Below, in pieces: positions 51,001-62,125 of a stretch of 64,000 nt of DNA. Each line of letters starts with the position of its first letter. The first letter of the stretch is position 1. The notes under the pieces are model-generated. The model saw nothing but the letters and a program-made list of their open reading frames with translations, did not search any database and was not told the DNA's origin. The position numbers were made by a program, and so were the translations under genes. The stretch is taken from contig NC_086097.1 of assembly GCF_963921235.1 (NCBI RefSeq), forward strand, positions 132,682,001 to 132,746,000. The letters are read 5' to 3'. Source of the stretch: Mobula hypostoma (lineage: Eukaryota).

Positions 51001-51864
51001 GGGTACTTGATAGTTGTCAAGGACTCGATAAGCTGAAGGGTATTTCTCTATACTGATTTATGACTATGATGCTATGAAAATTCCATATCAATCTATATAA
51101 AGAAATAATGCACCACTGCTAAGAGGTTGGATAGATTGCCAAGTTAAAGCATACAACTTCTACTAAGAGATAGAAGATGGCCAAGAGTTGAAGAGGTTTC
51201 AGGAAGGAGATCCAGAGCTGAAGATGCTACCTCCAGAGTTGGAATAACTTAAATTGAGGATTCAAAAATCCCCCGAGCTGGAGGACTCCAGTTATCACAA
51301 AGGCTTGCAGAGAAGGAGAAAAGAAAGATTGCCAAGTCTGATAGTTGAATTGAGAATTAAGTCTGCACTTTCCTCCCCAAGTCACACACCGGACTACCTT
51401 GGAAGTATAGAGCTATTTCTTCATCACAGCTACATATAAATCCAGTGTATGCTCCACACCAACAACTAGTGAATCATGAAGGCAGCTCATCACAACCGTC
51501 TCAAATGAACTTAGAGCCTGGGATTAATACCAGCCTTATCAGTGATGCCATCACTAATAACCTGCGAACAGTGAAAGGACTAGGGAATTTTTCCTTAGAA
51601 AAGTGATAGCTGGCCAGATGAAAGAATCGAATAGGTTAGAAGCAGACAAGTTACCTCTACTCATGAGCTGGTTCAACCCCAATGAGCAAAAACATAATAC
51701 AGTCATTGAAGAACCCATTTAGGAGTAACATTCATTCACTCACTACAACATTGAACTGATCACTGAGCACAACCTATGGACTCACTTTTGAAGACTCTAC
51801 AATTCTTATTCTCAGTATTATTTATGTACGTTTTGATTATTATCTATCTTTTTTTCTCTGCTCA

Positions 51865-52595
51865 AGCTGGTAAAACCTAGGTGCAGACATAGCCAAGCAC
51901 ACTTACTTCTCAATTGCTCTGAACTTTTGGACTATTCTAATGGTGTTTGGTATTGTGGCTTTCTGGAGATTTACATACATAAATATTGCTGTGTAGGCCT
52001 AATTGTTTAATGCTATTTTGTAGTGACTTCGGTATGATACCAGTTGTAGATATTACCATTGGGACAATATATACCCAGTTCATGTTCCATAGTCTTTCAA
52101 TTTCCTCTTTTAGTTCAGCATATTTCTGGTATTTCCCACTTACTGATATCTGTCTGTGATGTGTGTTTGGAATGGCTATATCTATTAAGGAAGTTGCTCT
52201 TGCTTGTTTATCCTGTAATATTATATCCAGACAGTTATTGTGGATTGTCCTATCTGTAATAATGCATCTGCCATGATATAATTTGTAGGACTGACTCTAG
52301 TATTGGATCAGTCTTATACATGTAGTAAGGTATGGTGTCTTTCATGAGTTTGTATCTTAAAGCAATATTTTGCTGGATGGTGATTGTGCCTCTGTAAGTA
52401 ACTGCTGGAAGATCCTATAATGTTTTGGATTGTTTCTGGTTTCTTGTGGCATTTTCTGCATACATCATCTTGAATTTGTTGCTGCTTTATTATGTAGTTT
52501 TGATAACTTCTTGTGTGTACCACCTAGTACTATATTGCCACACAGAACCCTTCTGTTTCTGGGAAGAGGTCTCCAGCTCTGAGACAGGCATTCTT
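51865..52595 (-). mobile_element. R4/Dong-like non-LTR fragment (zinc knuckle plus restriction-like endonuclease)
   Basis: CRKCHKKPETIQNIIG...YLQRHN and TDRTIHNNCLDIILQDK...LIDIAIP (decayed PD..D motif). Confidence 0.8.
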
Positions 52596-52759
52596 ATTAT
52601 TATTGGCTGTTTTTATATTTGCACTGTTAGTCCGCTTTTGCACATTGGCTGCTTGTCAGCCAATGTGTGCAGCTTTTCATTGAATCTGTTGTATTTTTTT
52701 GTTCTTTTGTGAACGACTGTGAAAAATAAATCTCAGGGTAGTATTTTGTGACATATATA

Positions 52760-55700
52760 ACGTGCCTATAAAAAGTATTCACCCCCTTGGAAGTTTTCAT
52801 GCTTTATTGTTTTACAACATTGAATTACAGCGGATTTAATTTGGCTCTTTTTGACACCGATCAACAGAAAAAAGACTCTTCTGTGTCAAAGTGAAAACAG
52901 ATCTCTACAAAGTGATCAAAATTAATTACAGATATAAAACACACAATAACTGATTGCATAACTATTCACCCCCTTCAAGGCAGTATTTTGTAAATGCACT
53001 GTTGGTGGCAATTACAGCCTTGAGTCTGTGTGGATAGGTCTCTATCAGCTTTGCACATCTGCACACTGAAATTTTTCCCCATTCTTCTTTACAAAGCTGC
53101 TAAATCTCTGTCAGATTGCATGGGGATTGTGAGTGAACTGCCCTTTACAAGTCCAGCCACAGATTCTCAATTGGATTGAGGTCTGGACTCTGACTTGGCC
53201 ACTCCAGGACATAAACTTTGTTGGATTTAAGCCATTCCTATATAGCTTTGGTTTTATACTTGGGGTCATTGTTTTGCTGAAAGACAAATCTTCTCCCTAT
53301 TCGCAGTTCTCTTGCAGAGCACATCAGCTTTTCTGCCAGAATTTGTCTGTATCTTGCTGCATTCATTTTACCTTGACCTTCACAAGCCTTCCAGGACCCA
53401 CTGCAGTGAAGCATCCCCACAGTATGATGCAATCACCAGTGTGCTACATGGTAGAGAAGGTGTGTTTTTGATTATGTGCAATGTTTGGTTAAGTCTGATG
53501 GCCAAAAAGCTCAATTTTGGTTTTATTGGACCCATAGAGCCTTCTTCCAGCTGACTGCAGAGTCTCCGACATGCGTCTGGCAAACTCTAGCTGAGATTTC
53601 ATGTGTGTTTTTTTCAACAGTGGCTTTCTCTTTGCCACTCTCCAATATAACTGTGACTGGTGAAGCACCCAGGCAACAATTGTTGTATGCGCGGTCTCTC
53701 CCATTTCAGCTACTGAAATTTATAGAAACATAGAAACATAGAAAATAGGTGCAGGAGTAGGCCATTCGGCCTTTCGAGCCTGCACCGCCATTTATTATGA
53801 TCATGGCTGATCATCCAACTCAGAACCCCGCCCCAGCCTTCCCTCCATACCCCCTGACCCCCGTAGCCACAAGGGCCATATCTAACTCCCTCTTAAATAT
53901 AGCCAATGAACTGGCCTCAACTGTTTCCTGTGGCAGAGAATTCCACAGATTCACCACTCTCTGTGTGAAGAAGTTTTTCCTAATCTCGGTCCTAAAAGGC
54001 TTCCCCTCTATCCTCAAACTGTGACCCCTCGTTCTGGACCTCCCCAACATCGGGAACAATCTTCCCGCATCTAGCCTGTCCAATCCCTTTAGAATTTTAT
54101 ACGTTTCAATCAGATCTCCGCTCAATCTTCTAAATTCCAATGAGTACAAGCCCAGTTCATCCAGTCTTTCTTCATATGAAAGTCCTGCCATCCCAGGAAT
54201 CACTCTGGTGAACCTTCTTTGTACTCTCTCTATGGCAAAGATGTCTTTCCTCAGATTAGGGGACCAAAACTGCACACAATACTCCAGGTGTGGTCTCACC
54301 AAGGCCTTGTACAACTGCAGTAGTACCTCCCTGCTCCTGTACTCGAATCCTCTCGCTATAAATGCCAGCATACCATTCGCCTTTTTCACCGCCTGCTGTA
54401 CCTGCATGCCCACTTTCAATGACTGGTGTATAATGACACCCAGGTCTCGTTGCACCTCCCCTTTTCCTAATCGGCCACCATTCAGATAATAATCTGTTTT
54501 CCTATTTTTGCCACCAAAGTGGATAACTTCACATTTATCCACATTAAATTGCATCTGCCATGAATTTGCCCACTCACCCAACCTATCCAAGTCACCCTGC
54601 ATCCTCTTAGCATCCTCCTCACAGCTAACACTGCCACCCAGCTTCGTGTCATCCGCAGACTTGGAGATGCTGCATTTAATTCCCTCATCCAAGTCATTAA
54701 TATATATTGTAAACAACTGGGGTCCCAGCACTGAGCCTTGCGGTACCCCACTAGTCACCACCTGCCATTCTGAAAAGGTCCCGTTTATTCCCACTCTTTG
54801 CTTCCTGTCTGCTAACCAATTCTCCACCCACACCAATACCTTACCCCCAATACCGTGTGCTTTAAGTTTACACACTAATCTCCTGTGTGGGACCTTGTCA
54901 AAAACCTTTTGAAAATCCAAATATACCACATCCACTGGTTCTCCCCTATCCACTCTACTAGTTACATCCTCAAAAAATTCTATGAGATTCGTCAGACATG
55001 ATTTTCCTTTCACAAATCCATGCTGACTTTGTCCGATGATTTCACCGCTTTCCAAATGTGCTGTTATCACATCTTTGATAACTGACTCCAGCAGTTTCCC
55101 CACCACCGACGTTAGGCTAACCGGTCTATAATTCCCCGGTTTCTCTCTCCCTCCTTTTTTAAGAAGTGGAGTTACATTAGCCACCCTTCAATCCTCAGGA
55201 ACTAGTCCAGAATCTAACGAGTTTTGAAAAATTATCACTAATGCATCCACTATTTCTTGGGCTACTTCCTTAAGCACTCTAGGATGCAGTCCAACTGGCC
55301 CGGGGGATTTATCTGCCTTCAATCCCTTCAATTTACCTAACACCACTTCCCTACTAACGTGTATTTCGCTCAGTTCCTCCATCTCACTGGACCCTCTGTC
55401 CCCTACTATTTCTGGAAGATTATTTATGTCCTCCTTAGTGAAGACAGAACCAAAGTAATTATTCAATTGGTCTGCCATGTCCTTGCTCCCCATAATCAAT
55501 TCACCTGTTTCTGTCTGCAGGGGACCTACATTTGTCTTTACCAGTCTTTTCCTTTTTACATATCTATAAAAGCTTTTATAGTCCGTTTTTATGTTCCCTG
55601 CCAGTTTTCTCTCATAATCTTTTTTCCCCTTCCTAATTAAGCCCTTTGTCCTCCTCTGCTGAACTCTGAATTTCTCCCAGTCCTCAGGTGAGCCACTTTC

Positions 55701-56785
55701 TCTGGCTAATTTGTATGCTTCTTCTTTGGAATTGATACTATCCCTAATTTCTCTTGTCAGCCACGGGTGCACTACCTTCCTTGATTTATTCTTTTGCCAA
55801 ACTGGGATGAACAATTGTTGTAGTTCATCCATGCAACCTTTAAATGCTTGCCATTGCATATCCACCGTCAATCCTTTAAGTGTCATTTGCCAGTCTATCT
55901 TAGCTAATTCATGTCTCATACCTTCAAAGTTACCCCTCTTTAAGTTCAGAACCTTTGTTTCTGAATTAACTATGTCACTCTCCATCTTAATGAAGAATTC
56001 CACCATATTATGGTCACTCTTACCCAAGGGGCCTCTCACGACAAGATTGCTAATTAACCCTTCCTCATTGCTCAAAACCCAGTCCAGAATAGCCTGCTCT
56101 CTGGTTGGTTCCTCGACATGTTGGTTCAAAAAACTCCTCTAGAGTTGTCATAGGTCTCTTGATGGCTTCCCTCACTAGTCTTGCACAGTCACACAGTTTT
56201 TGAGGATAACCAGCTCTAGGCAGATTTACAGTTGTGCCATACTCTTTCCATTTCTTGATGATTGACTGAACTGTACTCCAAGAGATATTCAGTGACTTGG
56301 AAATTTTCTTGTATCCATCTCCTGACTTGTGCTTTTCAATAACCTTTTCGCAGAGTTGCTTGGAGTGTTCTTTTGTCTTTATGGTGTAGTTTTTGCCAGG
56401 ATACTGACTCACCAGCAGTTTGACCTTCCAGATACAGGTGTATTTTTACTACAATCAATTGAAACACCTTGACTGTACACTTGTGATCTCCATTTAACTG
56501 ACGATGTGACTTCTAAAACTAGTTGGCTGCACCAGTGATAATTTGGTGGTAATATTAAAGTGGGGGGGGGGAGGTGGTGAATAATTATGCAATCAATTAT
56601 TTTGTGTTTTATACTTGTAATTAATTTAGATCACTTTGTGGAGATCTGTTTTCACTTTGACACGGAAGAGTCTTTTTCTGTTGATCAGTGTCAAAAAAGT
56701 CAAATTAAATCCACTGTGAGTCAATGTTGTAATACAACAAAACATAAAAACTTCCAAGGGGGGTAAATACTTTTTATAGGCACTG
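52760..56785 (-). mobile_element. Second Tc1 copy (same family as 8058-9670), interrupted by CR1; sits in a LINE 3' tail
   Basis: GTGCCTATAAAAAGTATTCACCCCC ... GGGGGTAAATACTTTTTATAGGCACTG; FQQNNDPKY...[15 protein letters not shown] with 34 spacing; start codon reads ATA. Confidence 0.92.
53722..56132 (-). mobile_element. Young 5'-truncated CR1 LINE (end of endonuclease, linker, complete RT)
   Basis: ORFs 55188-56129 (PTRE..LD, LGKSDH) and 53820-55184 in the same frame separated by one TGA; (TTTCTATG)n tail. Confidence 0.96.
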
Positions 56786-57894
56786 CACTTTTTCAATAAT
56801 AAATTTACTTTGAACTTTGAACTTTTGAATGTAGTTTACCCTATGAATGACAAAGATGCATAACTCACCGGTTTAGGGACTAGTTAATGCAAACAACACA
56901 GAGTATCTTTCCAAATAAATAAATGAAGCAATAGAAAAATATGTTGGTAGGATGAGGTGCAGTAAGCTGAAGTGAGCTGTTGGTATGATATGCAGTATAT
57001 TTTTGGCAATTGTATTTAATAAGTTGAAGGCAGTCAGCTAACTGAATACTTGTTTACCTTCATTTGCCTCTTCTCACGCAGTCTTTATAGAAAGCTGCAA
57101 AAAGGATCTGAATGGTAACCCAAATAAATAACAGTGCAACAAATCGCCTCCCCTGAGCTGCTACTTCCATCAAGATGATGAAATGTCAGCTATTTCGCAG
57201 TAATTACCATTTCTCAGAGTTTTAGAAATCTGCATGGGTCGGGCACTGACCACTGGGATGACACATTATAATTATTTCAGTACAATAGCTGTTCAATATT
57301 CACCACCTATTTGCGACACTCATTGCTAGGACACATTTAAAGCTTTCTAAAAGGTTTGGCACAATATACAGAAGTCACTATCATTTGGCTTGCCAGTGAA
57401 GCAGTGTTTATGTCTGTGTTTAGTCCTGTCACTGGCTTGCTCTCGGGTTAATAGTCTTCAGTTCTACAACTGGAACATCCACTTGAGGGTTCACATCAAA
57501 AGCGTTGTCATGCTCCATTTTCATCAGTGGATACCTTGCCCCCTATTGCCTCCACTTCCCCTTCCTCCCCAGCTTAGACGGGACCTTGCCACTCCTTCAC
57601 AACTAAGGCTACAACAGCACCTAGGGAGAGAGGAACCGAATTAACGGCTCAGATTCCTTTGATTCCTGTTTAAATCAGTGTTCCCTGGTCCTGCTGGAAA
57701 GTCAGCAACCTGAAACATGAACTGTTTCATTCACTTCAGATGGTGCCCAATGATCTCTAATCCACTGGATCACCAGGAATCTCATCCTCTCATCAATCCA
57801 TCCAAACCAGCTTTAGGGACAGATGAATGGTTTCCTTGCTCCCATTAAACCGTTTTGCTTACGCTCTTCTATACAAGCATTTCCCACATTATCT

Positions 57895-58100
57895 CAAACA
57901 CAAGAAGGTCGCAGATGCTGGAAATCTAAAGCAACGCACATAAAATGTTGGAGGAACTCAGCAGGTCAGGCAGCATCTACGGGAAAGAGTAAACAGTCGA
58001 CATTTTGGGCCAAGAAGGGCCCCAGCCCGAAATGTTGACTGTTTTACTCTTTTCCAAAGATGCTGCCTGAATTGCTGAGCTCCTCCAGCATTTTGTGTGT
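57895..58100. repeat. Inverted pair of Penelope-associated termini
   Basis: AAAATGTTGGAGGAACTCAGCAGGTCAGGCAGCATCT... / ...AGATGCTGCCTGAATTGCTGAGCTCCTCCAGCATTTT. Confidence 0.8.
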
Positions 58101-58159
58101 CCCACATCATCTGTCGATCTGTGAGCAGATAGAATCCCTAAATTACCATAAAATCTCTA

Positions 58160-59655
58160 GAGCATAGACATAGGGGCAGAATGAGGCTACTCAGGACATT
58201 GGTTCTGCTCCACCATTCCATTATGACTGATTTATTATCCCTCTCAAACTCATTTTCCTGTCCTCTCCCTGTAACCTTTGATGCCCTTACTATGCAAGAC
58301 CCTATCACTCTCTGCTTTAAATATACCCAATGACTTGGCCTCCACAGCCATCTGTGGAAATTAACTCCACTGATTCACCAGCCTCTGGCTAAAGAAATTC
58401 CTCTTCATCTGTTTTCTAAAGGGACTTCATTGAATTCTAAAGCTGTGCCCTCTGAACATAGACTCTCCCACTATAGGAAGCATCCTTTGCATTTCCACTG
58501 TGTCTAGACCTTTCAATATTTCAATGAGATCCCCCCTCGTTCTTCTAAACTCCATTGAGTACAGGTCCACAGGCATCAAAGAGTCCTCATACATTAACCT
58601 TTTTAGTCTTGAATTTATTCTTGTGAAGCTCCTTTGGACCCTCTCCGATGCCAACATATCCTTTCTTAGATATGGGGCTCAAAACTGCTCACAATTCTCC
58701 AAGTGAGGTCTGACCAATGCCATATAAAGCCTTGGCATTGCATCTTGCTTTTACATTCTAGTCCTCTCAAAATGAATGCTAATATTGCATTTGCCTTCCT
58801 TACCACTGACTCAAACTACAAGTTAACCTTTAGGAAATTCTACCCAAGGACTCCGAAGTCTCTTTGCACCTCAGGTTTCTGAATTTGATCCCTGTTTAGA
58901 AAATAATCTACACCTTTATTCCTACCAAAATGCATGACCATTGTCGTCTTCTAATCCAACTATGTTCTTCTGCAGACTCAGACTCTCTGTTTCCTCAAAA
59001 CCAGCTGCCCCTCCACCTATCTTCTTATCATCTGCAAACTTGGTCACAGAGCCATCAATTCCATCATCCAAATCATTGACATATAATATGAAAAAAAGCA
59101 TCTCAACATTGACTCCTGCAGAACACTACTAATCACCGACAACCAATCAGAAAAGGCCCCTTTTATTCCCATCCTTTACCTCCTACCAGTCAGCTAATCT
59201 TCTATCGAAGCTAATATATTTCCTATAACACTATGGGCTCTTACCTTGTTAAGCAGCCTCACATGTGACACCTTGTCAAAGGGCTTCTGTAAATTCAAGT
59301 AAACAATATTCACTGATTCTCCTTTGTCTATCCTACCTGTTATTTCCTCAAAGAATTCCAACAGATTTGTCAGGTAAGATTTCTCCTTAAGGAAACCATG
59401 CTGACTTTGTCCTATTTCATCATGTGCCTCTAAGTACCCTAAAACCACATCCTTAATAATGGACTCCAACATCTTATCTACCACTGAAGTCAGACTAACT
59501 GGCCTATAATTTGCTGTCTTTTGTCTTCCTCCCTTCTTAAAGAGTGCAGGGACATTTGTAATTTTCTAGTTGTCTGGAACCATTCCCGAATCTAGTGTTC
59601 TTGAAAGATCACTTCTAAAAACTCCACAATCACTTCAGCTGCCTCTTTCCAAATA
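58160..59655 (-). mobile_element. Older CR1 LINE with internal deletion
   Basis: ORFs 58427-58657 and 59194-59484 (SQHGFLKEKSYLTNLLEFFE). Confidence 0.9.
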
Positions 59656-60974
59656 CCTGTATTGGGGTGTTTTGGTGAACAGCTGCTGAAGCTTTACTGT
59701 CGAATTCTAGGATGCAGACAGTTGAACAATTTGGTTCCACATCTGGATCAATGAATGGGTGTGAACAAGGACCACCAGAAGTGATTCTGGAAGACTTGGC
59801 TTAATGTGGTGACAACTCTGATGGCACACTGTTGAAGTAGAAATGCTGCGAATCCCACCAACTATGAAGGCTGGAGTCACAGCTTGTGAGATTAGTCGAA
59901 GCAAATGGTTTGAGAGAGCTGATAATATTTCATCTTAAGTGTTGGCTGGCAGTTAATAAAGCTATAATTCTCTAATTGCTTTTTTAGATAAGACCTCTGT
60001 AATTATCATGTGATATATAATTAATATGTGTTTAATAAAATTAGCTTTATCTCACTATAGTAACCAATTACAACGTTGCAATAATTTCTAAGTGTAAACT
60101 GCTATGTAACTGCTTTATTAATTTTTCATATTGACATATGCAATAAAGATGATAAAGATGATATTCTGGTGAAACCAATTTTGTTATATCAGAGGGCGAA
60201 GATTATGTTCAATCATTTTTCACTCTGGAATAAATCTTCTTTTCTGGGATTGCACTGACAATCAAATTTCTTGAACCCCATTACAAATCCAGCTGCAGCA
60301 CAATACTTAGGGACAGCGAGAGAAAGGTGATTTGTCAATTATGCATCACCGTATCTGGCAACTGGATAATTATAGTTCATAGCAATTAACTATAGTACTT
60401 ACCTTTGCTGGTGAGTTTGAAGAGGTTCCATGGGTTCAAGTGCACGTTCAATGCTGAGTTCACATGTTATACCTAGAATGACCACTATTTTGTTCAATAC
60501 AACAAGGAATTACAGGGAGTAGAGAACACTGCCAATATAATCAAAGACCCTACACTCCCCTTATCCTCTTCTCTCCCCTTCCATTGGACAGTAGATAAAG
60601 AAGCTTAAGAACATGTACTGTTCTTTGTTCTAAATAATTTGATCTAGTTTTATTTATTTGATCTCAATGTGAAATAAGCTGTCAGGGTGATTTGGAGATT
60701 CAATGGTTTGATCCATTTAAACCACTACACCCACAAATCACCCTGACCCCAAATCATCCTGGTACGGCCTCAGAATCCTCCACCTGAGGCCTAGTCACTG
60801 CTCATGGGTCATTTTATCTCATGGGAAGCCTGGAGATTAATTGGACCTTTGAGTTCAGAATGGCAGGTGCAGTGATATCAACATCCAGCATATAAAGTTC
60901 AGTGGAGTTACAGCACCATAGGACACTAACACAGTTTGCTCCTTGTGAGAAATTAATAGTTGTATTTGGATCAC

Positions 60975-61082
60975 AGTTCTGATAGCAGCACTGAACTGAT
61001 TTTGTGCACGCATATTTCCGGATTGGGATTTGAACCCACAACCTTCTGACTCAGTACTACCCACCGAGACACGGCTGACACT
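60975..61082 (-). mobile_element. DeuSINE-like (SacSINE1-like) tRNA-derived head fragment
   Basis: GTGTCAGCCGTGTCTCGGTGGGTAG...CTGAGTCAGAAGGTTGTGGGTTCAAATCCCA; related piece near 37395-37455. Confidence 0.55.
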
Positions 61083-61484
61083 TATCAGCTTCTCTGCACA
61101 CTAAGACAAAGGATGTAAGACATTTTAATTTCATATTTAAAGGGGATTATTAGGGAAAAAAAGGAAGAGCAGTGCCTGAGACTTACCTTCCACCCATGTT
61201 TTATTCACCAGCAAACAAATACACCTCCTTTATTTTCACATCAATGTCTTAAGTTGGAAAGGGCATCATAAATAATTAGATGTGAGGGCTGGCCTCGTTG
61301 GGAGGAGATGAAACATGAGATGTAGCAACCAATATTTGTCTCCCAGCATTGTCCAGGAGATATTTGGATGCAGCTCAATGGAAATTTAGCTCTGACTGCA
61401 ACGTTACTGATGGGCATGTGGAGTTTGACATTTGAGTATTTTTTTTATTATTTATTCAGGATATGTGTGCTAAGTTGCTACTTA

Positions 61485-62125
61485 TTGCACCACAGCCCAG
61501 TGTGGAAACCCCAAAGTACAGGAACGTAAGAGGCTACAGAGGGTAGTGGATGCAGCCAGTTCTATCAAGAAGATAGTTCTCCCCACCAGAGGACACCTCC
61601 AGTCCTGATGAAGGGTCTCGGCAGGCCTGAAACATTGACTGCTTACTCTCTTCCACAGATGCTGGGTGGTCTGCTGAATTCCTCCAGCATTATGTGTGTG
61701 TCGCTTGGATTTCCAGCATCTCCCGATTTTTCTCTTGTTTGTGACAACTAAAAAGAGTCCATCATGAAGGACATCACAATCCACTCCATGCCCTCCTCTT
61801 GATGCTCTCATCAGGCAAGAGGTGCAGGAGCCTAAAGATCCACACTGAATTTTCAACAACAACTTCCTTCCCACTACTATCAGATCCTTGAACTGACCTT
61901 GGACTATATATTTTCCTCCCTCTCAATCTTGCATGAGTGTTGTTGAGTTCACTTTGTTGCTTATTTTGATACTAAAATGATATATTGTTTTTGTTAATTT
62001 AAGTTTATATTAACTAATGTTTGTCCTTGTCTTACAATATACTGTACTGTTACTGCTAAAAGCTGATTTTCATATGTTTATGCCTTGTGTATGTATGCCT
62101 ATTACAATAGTAAATTTGAACTCAG
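61485..62125 (+). mobile_element. Old Rex1-like 3' fragment carrying an inserted Penelope-associated terminus (about 61597-61742)
   Basis: QERKRLQRVVDAA remnant before, SGKRCRSLK..FNNNFLPT remnant after the insert. Confidence 0.6.
61600..61641 (+). ncRNA. Minimal type-I hammerhead ribozyme-like motif
   Basis: CAGTC-CTGATGA-AGGGTCTCGGCAGGCCT-GAAA-CATT-GACTG: stem I CAGTC/GACTG, intact core, stem II. Confidence 0.6.

Noticed and set aside
56065..56412. Tc1-CR1 fusion protein
   Set aside because: Junction artefact: the transposase start is mutated and the CR1 part is read out of frame for about 20 codons.
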